NCBI GenBank assembly: GCA_008632985.1 | Contig: QPGO01000053.1 | Span: 186,001 to 250,000, forward strand | Origin: Psammoneis japonica | Lineage: Eukaryota | Reading direction: 5' to 3' | DNA: 64,000 bases | Shown here: positions 12,991 through 25,509 of the stretch, one piece after another | Numbering within the stretch: position 1 is the first letter of the stretch | Layout of the letters: the number at the start of each line of letters is the position of its first letter | Made by a program: the position numbers and the translations under genes | Notes under the pieces: generated by a model | Told to the model about the DNA's origin: nothing | The model's database searches: none | What the model saw: the letters and a program-made list of their open reading frames with translations, nothing else

Positions 12991-13899
12991 GTTGTTGCTG
13001 GAGTGCTTCCACTCAGACAATTGAACAATTGGTGCATGGCATTTGATCAGAATGAGGCACTTGAGACACCACTGTTTGCAGTGGTGATCGCAAATGCGTG
13101 CGCTGATCACAAATGGTTGAACCCAGAGTGGCAAGATTGTTTGCATTGGCTGCATTGTTTTTCCAAGGGGTGTGCTCGGCCATGGGGGGGGTGGTGCCAG
13201 CATGTGCTTGCACTGCAGCGCGCACATCATCACCACTGCCACCGGCGGCAGCCTTGTGTTTCTGGGTGCAACTTTGCAGCCAACTTTTCATCTGCTTGTT
13301 GTTTGGAAACAGCCCACATGTGTGATCAGGGTCAACTGGAGCTCCTTCCAAATCAAACCATTTGATCTTGAAAAACAGCTGTTCAATTTTTGAGGTCACT
13401 CTGTTGCTGCCCATCAACTTCCATGCTGGCAATGCTTTCCTCGGCAGAATGCGTTCAGCGTTGAGGGTGGGTGTGCTTCATGTCAGAAACAATCAACTTT
13501 TGTTTGGCAAAGCTGAGTTGCACTCAAGCTCTCTTGGCCACTGGTGGCTCCACAGGATGACTTGGAGGGGGTTCATGCATGGGAACAGATGGTGCTTTGG
13601 TGGCAGCCAACTGCGACACCTGATTTGTTTGCGGCATGTCTTGAACAGGCAAAAAAGACATGTCTGTTCCCGCTGCAAGCAATTCTGACACATCAAGCAT
13701 TTCCCTTGCAATGTTGTCAGGCATCCAAGGTTGTTGGAGTGAACATCCTTCCCCGGTGGGGGGTGGTCTTTGGGTCCGCCATGTGGAGGGTGGAGGGAGA
13801 AAATGGCAAAAAAATTGCCAAAATGCTGGCACAACCAGCAGGTCATTTTTGACATCTGAAGTGTTGATTCCTGTGTTTTTGGGTGTGAAGATTTCATCT

Positions 13900-14350
13900 G
13901 TGGGGTCCATTCATTGACTGTCTTTGGCAACTGAGATTTTGAAAAAAATTGCAGCCCGTGGTGTGTGGTGTGTGTGCTGCAAACAGGCAACTGATGTGGC
14001 TGGCATTGATTGGATCATCCCGGATGTTGGGACAACTGGGATTGGCTTGCACTCTCTTTTTAATTTGCTTGGTGCAGCAGTCATCTAAAATCTTGGCAAA
14101 AGCAGCTGTCTTGCTCTCTTTGAACTGCTTCACTTTCTTGTGGCAGTTGCTTGGCTCTTCTCTTGAGACATCTTTGAATGCAGCATTGCAAGTGTTTCTC
14201 AGTGTTGGTCTTCTTCTTTGGGTTGGAGAACCTGCGACTCTTGTCACCTCTGCTGCAACCTTGAATTTGGCCTCAGCCACTTGTCCCTTCACCTTCTCAG
14301 CCACTCATTGTGCAGGCATTCAGCACTCCATTGTCTTGGTGTGTGTCAGT
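13900..14350 (-). mobile_element. Second copia-like gag remnant
   Basis: KESKTAAFAKILDDCCTKQIKKRVQANPSCPNIRDDPI resembles diatom copia gag (..AYA.I...YC...K.R.E.HP.Y..I.DDP). Confidence 0.5.
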
Positions 14351-14391
14351 GTTTGCAAGCACTGAGTGCAGTGCCAGCAACTCTTTGGAGT

Positions 14392-14730
14392 GAATGTTGA
14401 GCTGGCAAGTCAATGTCACACCAAAAGGGAATGCCGCCAGACTTCCTGCGACACTCAGCACACTTGCCTTGGCACTCTGCAATGGCTGTGGGTTGCCAAA
14501 GGTGTCAATGTAAACTGTGAACTTGCACAACAAAGGTGCCCACTGACACCAAATGACAAATTGCACAAACCAAATGATTCGCTCCAAAGAGTGAGATGAA
14601 AAAACAAAAGCAAGGGGCAGATGACAGCAAGACTCTCCTCACACAGAATCACTCAGTGGGCCACATCAGGACACAAAGTGTCTTTCCTTCAACACATCCA
14701 GGTGCCTTGTGATGTCCTGAATCCAGATGC
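14392..14730. repeat. Degenerate LTR-like repeat, copy 2, abutting the 3' side of the gypsy remnant
   Basis: Aligns by eye to 6914-7220. Confidence 0.7.
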
Positions 14731-14799
14731 TCCACCAGCCAATGAACTCACTGTCATTTTTGTGAGAATGCAGCATTTTGGCCTGGGACATCAAGACAG

Positions 14800-16810
14800 C
14801 CAAAGATTGCAAAACTTGCTTGTCATGTGTTGAGAAGTTTTTTGTCAGGAGTGCAAACAAGTTCTGTCAAACCAGCAACAGCATCAACACAAGTGAGTGC
14901 TTTGAACTCAATCTCACATCCCTCTTGTGCCACAGTGTGATCCATTCTCCCATCAAATCTTCTGCTGATGCTTCAGTCCAAGGCAACAAGGGAGTTTCGT
15001 GCTTTGGCAACTCACCACAGACAGGTCTGAGCTGCTCAAAACACTGACAAGCATCAGAGAGACAAATTTGTTTCACAACCAGTGCAACACACAGGATGCC
15101 AGAGAGTGCTCATCCTCAAGCTCATCTTTCACCAATTCCAAAGTGCCCAACTTCACAAAATCAACAAGCTTGACTCAGCACTTTTGCCACTCAGTCTCCC
15201 AAACTCTCCCCTTGGAAGGCAGATCCATGTGCAGGAGTTGAGAAAAACAACCAGTGACCACATTGTCCTTGCCTTTGACAAGATGAAGTGTGAGTTGTGG
15301 AGACAAATCTTCAAAGAGCAGGCCCCACCTGAGAATGCATCAAGAATTGAGCATGCAGAAGGCAAGACTTTTCATGACCTGCATGGACAGCAATGCCAGC
15401 ACTGAGTGGCATGGTGCAAAACTCCTTCTTGAGGCATGCTGCAACATCAAGCAATTCTTGTTTCCATGGATTTGCTTTCAAGCTGATCTCCTGCAGGTGA
15501 CACAACACTTTGTCGAGATGAGCTGGGGGGAATCAAAGTCAACATCAAAAGCACCCACATCATCAACGTGCAACTTGACATCCAAGTCATGCACAATCTT
15601 TGCAATTGCCAGCTGAGCAGTGTTGGGAGCTGTCTTTCAGCTCACAGCCATTTGACAAATGCTGGAGCTTTTCAGGTTGCATGACAATTGCACGGTCAAT
15701 TCCTTGCTCTTGTTTCCCAACTCAAGGTGACAACAGAACATGGTGAGGTGAATTTTGGTGATGAGTTGGCTGCCAGCATGACATTGCAACACATTTTGAA
15801 TTGCTCGCAAGGGGCTGACCTTTGACTTTGACACTTTGTTGAGCTCACAACAAAAGTTTGATGCCCAGTGCACTTGACTGCCCTTTGGGATGACACAAAG
15901 GTGCCTGCTGCCCACTCAGTGGGTCCACAAGGTTGCTGTGCTCCAGCATCAACTGGGTGTTTCAGCTTCATTTTGAGCACTGCTTGTGTTGGTTGACTTG
16001 TTGTGGAGCTGCTCACAGCCTGGAACAACAGGGTGGGGCATCTTCCTTGGCTTTCAGATGGACCTTTTTATGACAGCAGATTCCCGGTGTGCTGTCTGAC
16101 AGCAGAGTGTCATGTTTTTCCAGCACTGGTCAAGGCAATCAAGGCTCTTGAATGTCTCAGCTGTGTGTTGGTTGGCTCTCATGTGCTTGGCATCCAAGCT
16201 GCTGCAGCCAGTGCATGGGCATCTTCATGCTCATGCTCATCCTCAAAAATTGTCATCTGGTTCATCAAATTGACCCAGCACAATGCACCACTTGCAGGAC
16301 TTGGCTCAATGGCTTGCCTCTTTCATTGGTGCAAAACCTTGTGACTGGCCAGCAAATGGCCCTGTTGTCAAGAAGTTGATTCTCAATCTGATCTTGCTGG
16401 GGAAATTGTGCCCCCCAGAATCACATGACATGCACAAGTTGCATCAAAGACATGAGCTGGCACACTGCTCTGACAGAGCCATGTGGTCACTGAGCATTGC
16501 CTGTCATCCTGACTGGGGCACTCACGCTGCTTTTTGGAGGAAACGAGTTTTTCCTTCTTTGCCAATGGATGGCAAAGTTCCCTTTGGCAGGGGACCATCT
16601 CTGGAGGCAATTGAGGGGTGTGACTGACCAGAATCAAGGCACAGTGCAAAATCTTTGAAAGCTCTTGTTGCTGGATCAACCATGCCACAAATTGTGCAGA
16701 GGCCGGGTGGTTAAAACCACAGAGCTGCTGGGCACTTGAGAGGCTGTCTTGGGAAGAGAGGGGTGCCAAAATCAGGTGCATTTTGGTTGGAAATGTCCTT
16801 CTCATCATTC
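14800..16810 (-). mobile_element. Degenerate Ty3/gypsy retrotransposon (protease, RT and integrase remnants)
   Basis: Protease-like VFDATCACHVILG. RT PTEWAAGTF/IPK..VHWASNFCCELNKVSKSKVSPL..IQNVL...TKIHLTMFCCHLEL, and LHVDDVGAF (about 15550-15575). Integrase-like CQCFEQLRPVCGELP..ETPLLPWTE...DLMGEW. Domain order PR-RT-IN is gypsy. Confidence 0.8.
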
Positions 16811-17672
16811 GCGCAATCTGCTGAAGCCAATGTGTTCAAACCAAACTCAGCTGGTCAGCAATGGTTTCACAGTGCAAATTTTTCCAAATGTCGCTCGACC
16901 ATGGGTGCATGCAGCACAAGCAACAGTTCAGTGCAAGACTCAACTCCATGTGACAACTGGAAACACAGTCCTTTGCACACCTCTCTCCTTCACCAACACC
17001 AGGAGGTTTCATCTGATTGGTGGGTGAAAATGATCCACATCACTGCGAGAAGTTTCTCAAGCCTGGTTGTTGTGTCTGCTTTTGCATCGCCACATTTCAC
17101 CTGCTCCTGGAAGCTTGCTGCTGGCGGTGACTGCAGCTCACATCTTGAGCTTGACGGGGTTGATCATTGCACTGTCATGCTGGCCACTGCCTTGGTTGCT
17201 GCCACGACCACCATTGCCGTGATCATGATCGGATCCTCCGCAGCTGGGACCCCAATTCCCAGAACTTCAGCTTGCAACTGCAGATGGCATGGATTTTGGA
17301 AACTAGAGTTCCGTTCCGGTTCCGCTTTCTGTGAACACGTCCCCGCGTCTCGTGCATGCACGTGGAAGGAAGCAAGAAGGGCAGACCTCCCGCAAATTCC
17401 AGCTGTTTCAATTTTGCGACAGACACGCGCGCAAAGACAATCTGAAACGCTCTCCGGGTTTCTTACAACAATTTTTCCCAGATGCGTACGTAGCTTCTAC
17501 GCTGACGTGCCGTACTTGCTCATTCGCATCCACTGGAAGTTGAAGTCAGCAATCAGCCCTCATCAAACATCCAAACCATTCGACTTTGGTTCGCATTGAG
17601 CTCCACATCAGTGGTTAGTTGGAGGAAATAGCATACTTTTGTCCTCCTTCCTTAGCTAGGAACCTCCTCTAG

Positions 17673-20111
17673 ATGGCCATGACAAAATCGTTCTCGAAGG
17701 CGGCACTTTTGCTAGCTATTTCAGTCTCCTTCGCGCAACATTCCGATGCTTTTGTGTCGCCCTCACATCACCGGAGTTTTTCGACATCAGCAATTAGGCG
17801 TTCTGTGTCACAGCTTGAGAAGACCGAAACTGAACCAGCTATACAATACGGAGATGAAGAAATTCGTCTGGAGATAGAAAGCAAAATTCCTGGCGCACTG
17901 CGAACAGAAGGTCGAGGAATTCCAGCAAGAAACAGTCGAGTTCAACTATTGGACCCCATGACTTATGAATCGGACCTGATCAAATCCTGGGAAGATCCTA
18001 GTCGTCAGAAGGGCTTTGATTGGGAAATCGAAAAAATGAGACGCTTCTTTGCTGGACTTCGAATGCGTGAAGACGGATCTTGGGTGAGAAAGCCTTCGTT
18101 TTTTGACTTTTTGGTGTCTCAGGGACGTTCCTCTTCCATCAATCCTGATGCTCCCAAGCCTGTGAATGCCTACGATGTAGCCATCCTCTTTGCCACCACC
18201 ATCTTGTCTGGCCTTGGCTTTGGGCCGTCTCTTGGTCTGGCTGCTGTTCCCACTGCCGTCATTCAAAAGTACGAGGGATCCTTCCTCTCGTTTATCAAGG
18301 GAGTTCTCGGTGGAGATCTGCAAACACTTGCGGGCGGTCCCCTATTTCTGCTATTGGCAAAGTACTATGAAGATTATGGTGCCATCTTTAATCTTAGCTT
18401 TGGTCCCAAAAGTTTCTTGGTTGTGTCAGATCCAGTCATGGCAAGGCATATTCTCACCAGCTCTCCCGAGCAATACTGCAAAGGTATGCTTGCGGAGATT
18501 TTGGAACCCATCATGGGTAAGGGCCTGATTCCCGCCGACCCAACTACTTGGAAGGTACGTTTCATCAAGGATTTGCATTGCATATCGCTTTATGTGGAAT
18601 TATAATTCCATAACAAGCCTTTCTCACAATGCGCTGCATTTTAATTTTTCTGCTGTTTTTGATTTTTCAGGTTCGCCGCCGCGCTATTGTTCCCGGGTTC
18701 CACAAACGATGGCTCAACAGCATGGTCAATCTTTTCGCTGACCGCGCCGATATTTTGGTAAACGACTTGGAAAATAAGACGGGAGGGACAGTTGTAGACA
18801 TGGAGGAAAGATTCTGCTCCGTCACTCTTGATATCATTGGAAAAGCTGTTTTCAACTATGATTTTGGATCAGTCACAAAAGAGAGCCCCATCGTCAAGGC
18901 CGTCTACCGCGTGCTACGAGAGGCTGAGCACCGCTCGTCCTCCTTCATCCCTTATTGGAACTTGCCCTATGCTGACAAGTGGATGGGTGGACAGGTTGAG
19001 TTCCGCGGCGACATGAACATGCTGGAAGATATCCTGGCCGATTTGATCAACAGCGCCCTCCTTTCCAGAAAAGAGGCAACGATCGAAGAATTGGAAGCTC
19101 GCGACAACGAGGACGATCCTTCTTTGCTACGCTTCCTTGTAGACATGAGAGGAGAGGATGTTTCGTCAATGGTTCTACGTGACGACCTCATGACAATGTT
19201 GATTGCTGGTCACGAGACAACCGCAGCTATGCTTACGTGGACTCTGTATGAGTTGTCCAAAGGGGATCCTGGTTTGCTCAAGGAAGTGCAGGCAGAAGTC
19301 CGCACGGTACTAAAAGGCAAAGACCGTCCGGATTACGATGATGTATTCAAAATGGAGAAGCTTAGATTCGCTCTGATTGAGGCATTGAGGCTTTACCCAG
19401 AACCCCCCGTTTTGATTCGTCGTGCCAGGACTGAGGATAACCTACCAGCTGGAGGCACGGGTCTTTCGGACGGTGTGAAATTGTTACGTGGAACCGATAT
19501 CTTTGTTTCAACATGGAATCTCCACCGCAGTCCGGAATTGTGGGAAGACCCAGAAACGTTTGATCCAACCCGATGGGAACGCCCCTTCAAGAATTCTAAA
19601 ATTAAGGGATGGGAGGGCTATGATCCGGATAAGGTTGTCGGCCTGTATCCCAATGAACGTGCGTCGGACTTTGCATTCCTACCTTTCGGAGGCGGGCAGC
19701 GAAAATGCGTCGGGGATCAGTTTGCAATGCTCGAGGCATCTGTGACAATGGTGAGTTTCTTTTTTTAAGTAGCGTTCTACCCTCTGCGAGTGTTGTGGAG
19801 GCGATAAACGCGTACTCATGTTTATCTTGAAATTTTTGCTCCTCAAGGCCCAAATATTGAACAACTATGAGTTTGAATTTGCAACCAAACCCGAGGATGT
19901 TGGGATGAAAACAGGTGCTACTATTCATACGATGAACGGGTTGAACATGATTGTAAGAAAGCTCAATAAGGACGATCCTCCTCCGAAATTGGATGGATGG
20001 TGGGAAAGACAACATCTGCAACGTGGCTTCAGCGCTAGTGGCAGACCGTACCCCGAAGTGGAAGAAGTAGGCGCAGTCAACGGCGAACGCGTAGCCAACG
20101 GGGATAACTGA
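17673..20111 (+). CDS. CYP97: Plastid-targeted cytochrome P450 of the CYP97 (carotenoid hydroxylase) family; exons 17673-18554, 18671-19750, 19848-20111
   Basis: Bipartite signal with SDA|FVSP. KGMLAEILEPIMGKGLIPAD, VYRVLREAEHRS, LIAGHETTA, EALRLYP, heme motif PFGGGQRKCVGDQFA, VGMKTGATIHT. Both GT-AG introns keep frame. Confidence 0.92.
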
Positions 20112-20900
20112 ACGTGGAAGTGACGCCCATACAGCCTTTGCAAATACATACCACCAGTTTCCTAAATGTTATAGTCACTGCATCTTCATACACCCCGCCA
20201 TCACACGATCATTCTAAGGTACAGTCATGCCGGCTCATTACACAAACATTCAGAGCATTCAAACGCCGCTAGCTCTATTATCATACGGTAACAAGATGCG
20301 CTGCATGATTTATTCTCGTTTCCTCATATCGATCGGATAAAAGCAAGGAAGGATTACATTCAAGTCGTAGCCATCCGTCGAGCCGGGATTGCGTTGGAGG
20401 GTGCGTGGCGCTCGGTAAAAATGTGAGGCTTGGTTTTTCACCGTCGCCGTTGAGTTCATCTAAAAAAATAAAGAAGGAATCAAAATGCTGCAGTTTTTGA
20501 TATCTGGACTTATGTCTATTCTACTTGGCGACCTCATATACCTTCACGGTAGGCTCGATTCTCTCCGTTGAGTATGAGTGAGTAGAATTCTACGTGAGCC
20601 TCGTCGTACGAATGACGTGTCATGGCGGTGCTCTCCTTCCTCGTTTCGCGTGCGTTGCGTGCGACCCGTGATTTTTTCTGTCAGCGAAATCACGCGACGC
20701 CGCCATTGCCAACGCAAAGCCACGACTAAACGCCTTCATGTCTGCCTTTTACACGTCTCCCAACTTCCAGACATAAAGACTTCGACAACACCATAACAAA
20801 CCAAACAAGGCAAGAACATTCATAAAACTCAAACGCTCCGTGGGAATCAACAGCTTATCGTTGCGAGTGCCTTTCCGGTAGACCAACGGCTCAACTTACA

Positions 20901-23588
20901 ATGACGTTCTTTCGAAGCTGGACAAATTCGCGACCTGAGGGTCAGCCCGAGCAACAACAGATGCAACGGAACCAGCGATATACATACCCCGGTCAACGAG
21001 CACAGGCTTCTCAAAGACGAAACATGATGCCTTCTGCTCCGCCTCGAACAGGAACGGCCTCTAGTGTAAGCAGTGCACCTCCAGTTCGCATCTCATCCAG
21101 TGGAGAACGAGTTGTGATTCAGGGTTCGCACGTTGCTTCTGCACCAACCCCTGCCCCTGCTCAGCAGTTACTCGACGAATCGAGGCTCGAAGCAACGTCT
21201 CGGCCGGGTGCGTATGCCGTAACTCGAGCTCAGAATGGTCCGGCTCAGGTATTTAGGGTTACAGTTCCACCCGGTGTGCGGCCGGGGTCCGAGTTTTCTG
21301 TGCATGCGGGGTCGCGGAGAGTGAGGGTCCGTTGCCCTGCCGCGACTCGTTCGGGCCAGTCACTCCAAATCACGTTGCCTCCTGAACCGGTTGTATCTCA
21401 GTCTCTTATGCGTATGGCTCCTCTTACGGACCCTATTGGTGATGGTGGAGGGGGTGCGGTGAAGATGACAGAGGACGTGGCCCGTGTAAACAAAGCAGCA
21501 GCTGAATCGGGTGGAACAGCACAAACCTTCTTAGTCACGATTCCACCAGATACTTATCCTGGCATGCAATTTACGGTAATGCTTGAGGGGCAGCGCTTCA
21601 TGGTAACGTGCCCCGCCAATGCAGGCCCCAATATGAAAGTTCGTATCGTTCCTCCCACCAAACCCGAAGAGCCCATGGCCGCTCCTAAAACACAAATCTT
21701 TGAAGTGTCGGTGCCACCTGGAGTACGCCCCCACCAACCATTCACTCTTGTTGCCAATGGCCAGCGAGTCTTGGTTACGTGTCCACCCAACGTGTCTCCA
21801 GGTCAAAAGATCCGATTCCAACTCCCCATCAACCAGGGAGCCGCTGGAGTACGCATGTCGTACGATGGAGATGCTGGTGGCTGGTGCCGCACGGTTCGAG
21901 TCAACGACCTCAAGTTCCAGTGGGTTCGTGTCGAAAACGCAAAGAATGAGACCAATCTGATCCACCTTGATGGGGAATTTGATTTTAAAAAGTCAGCCTA
22001 CGTGAGGAAGCTGAATTTGTTGGAAGGAAACGATGCACGTATGAGAACAGGAACCCTGGAACTGTGCCCGGCTTCTGATGCAGTTGCGGAGAGTAAGCTG
22101 GTGGTGAATAATCGAGAAATCGTTTCTTACTCCGATATTGTATCCATTCAGGGAAAGCCGCTGGATGCAAAGGCGACTTGGTTTCAGAATATTTGTTCTC
22201 AATTGACGGGTGATTGGAACGAGGGTCATGTGAAGATTTGTGTTCGACGAAGACATGTGCTCCACGATTCGATTGAGTCCGTCATGGCATTGGGAAGGGA
22301 GGACATGCGGAAGCGATGGCGAATTGAGTTCCTGGGCGAGCCTGTGATTGACGCAGGTGGCGCGACCAGGGAATGGTTCCAGCTTGTAAGCGAACAAATC
22401 TTTGATCCTGACAAGGGGCTTTGGCTCTCGTCGACTCAAAACCAAATGTGCATGACTATCAATCCAGCGAGCAGTAAGTGACACAGATGCGTTTTATTCG
22501 TTATGTATTCTCTTGAGCTTGCTTCTCACGCCCACGTCTCTTTCGTTGATATGCTTTGTCGCCAGATATTTCTTGCCCCGATGATCACCTAGTTTACTTT
22601 CGCTTCCTCGGACGAGTAATGGGCCGAGCGCTTTTTGATCAACAAATAATTTCCGGTCACCTATCAAGACATTTCTACAAGCATATCCTGGGTTTCCCTA
22701 TTACATTTGAAGATCTAGAACACGAAGATGAAGACTACTACAGCTCCCTCAAAAAGCTGACCGGTATGGAGGACGTGTCACAAATGTGCTTGGACTTTAC
22801 TGTTACCGAAGAAACTCTTGGTGTGCGACAAGAGATTGAACTTATCGAGGGCGGCGCCATGAAGGAAGTCACCAACGACAATCTTGCCCAGTACCTAGAA
22901 GCCAACCTTCGGTACCGAATGCTAGTAAGAACAAGGCATCAACTGGCAGAGATTCTTCTTGGTTTCTTCGACGTGATTCCCGAAGCTGCGCTGACCGTCT
23001 TTGACTTTCAAGAACTTGAACTTTTGCTTTGTGGTCTACCCACAATTGAAATGGACGACTGGGAAGCAAACACAAAGTACTCTGGCCTCTACGAAGGCAA
23101 AGGGAACAAGAGCAAGACGGTTACCTGGTTTTGGGAAATTGTCAGAGATGATTTTGACGACGAAATGAAGGCACGACTTCTTCAGTTTGTAACCGGTAAG
23201 TCTTGTTCGAGATGAGTGTCATTGCAGGCTACAGAAGACGCGCTTTTTCTCATTATCTTACTGAATTGTTCATTTGTTGTAGGTACATCCGGCGTGCCAG
23301 CAAGAGGCTTTGCGGTGTTGCAAGGAAATGATGGAAATATCAAGAAATTTACAATACATGGTGTAGACACTAGCGTTTTTTTATACCCGCGTGCGCAGTA
23401 AGTGAAGATGGTCGACTGCCTCCCAGCTTTTGTTTTGCACTGGAATTGATCTCACAACTGCATATCTTTCGTCATCCAGCACCTGCTTTAACCGTCTCGA
23501 CCTACCGAACTATGATTCGAAGAAAGAACTAGAGCAGAAACTGAGAGCTTCCATTTCCTTGTCTGCAAATGGGTTTGACATGGAGTAA
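20901..23588 (+). CDS. HECT-domain E3 ubiquitin ligase; exons 20901-22473, 22566-23195, 23283-23397, 23480-23588
   Basis: F.GE..IDAGG.TREWF, YFRFLGRVMGRAL, LLQFVTGTS and catalytic PRAHTCFNRLDLP are reconstituted across three GT-AG introns. Confidence 0.92.
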
Positions 23589-23701
23589 GAAGATGTCATG
23601 TTGTTGCTACGCAGATAGTGAGTACTTCCATTTCCTTGTCCGCAAACGGGTTTGACATGGAGTAAGAAGATGTCATGTTGTTGCTATGCAGATAGTGAGT
23701 A
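23548..23701. repeat. 77-bp tandem duplication covering the HECT stop codon and 3' UTR
   Basis: Units 23548-23624 and 23625-23701 with three mismatches. Confidence 0.92.
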
Positions 23702-24367
23702 CAACGAGCAAGCAGTTATTGTTTTGCTAATTCTCCAATAAGGAGCTCTAGTAGTTGGTGTTACCCCTCACTAGATTACCGTAGACTATGTTATTATACC
23801 AGTGTGAAACATCTCCGGAAAAACAAAGCAAGCTAACTTACTACCTTTTCAAATAGAAGAGAGAGTAGTTATTCTAGCTGCTCTCCACTAGAGTAGCAAG
23901 GGCAAGGATACTGGGTAGCACACGGCCCAGCACACAGCCACCGCCCGCGTCCCACTCTCCATCGTGAGTCTATGCGTCGACCGTTCTTCGCGCGCGCTCG
24001 CACGCACACGAAGGTCTCAGGGTAGTGTGCGCAGCGCACACGACAACGGTCGACGCATAGACTCACGATGGAGAGTGCCCGCGTCCGGTCCAATGAGATA
24101 TCCAGTCGCGCGTTCGTCGTCAGTCCCGTAAAGAATTGACATTATTTATTACTTCGTACATGAACCTTAGATTATTGTTTCCTAACACATCCATATCCTT
24201 TTATGTATTTAGATGTTAGCCTTAGAGAAGGGTTGAAGGTGCGAGTCACGAGCAGAGAAGCAAGGTGACACAACGGCAACAACATGCTCTCGGGCACGAA
24301 GCGGAACACAACAGAAGGTTGAAGGTATTGTTCGATACCTCGACTCACAATACGCGAATACTCAACA

Positions 24368-25093
24368 ATGGTGGACAACTTTCCTATAACTTTCGCCTTA
24401 TGGCTCTTCTTTGTGATGATTGTGGTGATTAGAAAAATATGCATAGGAAGAAGGCGAGCGCTGAGAAGACAGCAGCAAGGCGACCACGCAGCACACACCA
24501 TGGAAGGGCCACTTCCCATTGTCGAAACTCCAGAAGAAAGGCGGGAGAAGATTAACTCAACTTTGATCACTCGCACTGTAATATCGAAAGGTGAAACGGC
24601 TGCAGAAGGCGATCAGCAGGATTCTGATTGGTGGAATACCTTTCGAATGGTTGGAGGTTCCGCTAGCTCTAGAAAAATTCAGTTTTCGGAGCCACCTCCA
24701 GGCACAGAAGACAGGGCAGATCTCGAGCAAGGAAACCAGGAAAGACCTATTGAAGAATCGAATGCAGTCAGCAAAGCGCAGAGCAGTACGGTTTTTGATA
24801 CAATATCAACGTCTCTGAGGTCCATGACAGCGCAACCTACCGGTACTCAACCAATATCGTGTGACATTTGCTTGGCTGAGTATGAAGTGGGCGAGGAAGT
24901 CAGCTGGTCTCCAAACAAGGAATGTAATCATGCATTTCATAAAGAGTGCATTAGTGATTGGCTCATGACGAAATCAACCTGCCCCTGCTGCAGAAGGAAT
25001 TATCTGAGCGCAGAGGCTCCCGATTCAACCGTAGAAGACAATGGATCTGACCATTTACCGGCGTTGGTTCGGGCTTCTTCAAACGAGCAATAG
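24368..25093 (+). CDS. Membrane-anchored RING-H2 zinc-finger protein
   Basis: N-terminal TM helix; CDICLAEYEVGEEV...CNHAFHKECISDWL...CPCCR. Confidence 0.85.
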   Translation: MVDNFPITFALWLFFVMIVVIRKICIGRRRALRRQQQGDHAAHTMEGPLPIVETPEERREKINSTLITRTVISKGETAAEGDQQDSDWWNTFRMVGGSASSRKIQFSEPPPGTEDRADLEQGNQERPIEESNAVSKAQSSTVFDTISTSLRSMTAQPTGTQPISCDICLAEYEVGEEVSWSPNKECNHAFHKECISDWLMTKSTCPCCRRNYLSAEAPDSTVEDNGSDHLPALVRASSNEQ

Positions 25094-25509
25094 CCACAGT
25101 ACGACCACACAAGAAACCGGCGCCTAAGTTAATATGTCGCCTTCACGTGCAGTCTTCTGCTCTTGGAAACAGTTGAGCAGTTGAAAGCTGCTAGAGTGCC
25201 AGACGAGAAGTGTTGCCACTTCTCGTTTGCGCGTTGCTTGCGCATCTCCTCTTCATTTTGTAAAAAGTAAAGAATCTACATTGTACCTGGTTTTAGACTA
25301 CAGAGTTCTACATGTCGCTCATAGAGAGATTGACGCAAACTTATTTCTCAGTCAAAACAGTAGAACAGTCGATCCTGCTCAAGCAGAAGCGATCAATTTT
25401 TTTAGATCGCGCCCCAATTTTGTGAATACATGATTGAATCATCTGAGCCGAAGGGCAACTAAATCGAGATCCGTGAACTTTCAGCTATTAACCCCAAGCT
25501 GCCTTCTTG

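Larger units (their letters stand above)
5480..17300. mobile_element. Island 1 of nested, decayed transposons; nearly devoid of TpA and strongly CpG-depleted
   Basis: About 15 TA dinucleotides counted by eye in about 11.8 kb. TG/CA-rich. Contains copia, gypsy and piggyBac remnants. Confidence 0.85.

Noticed and set aside
5458..17599. Dozens of 60-300 aa ORFs in all six frames in island 1 (and likewise in island 2)
   Set aside because: By-product of losing TAA/TAG. They are Tyr-free, Cys/His-rich, mutually overlapping and mostly without protein-like motifs.
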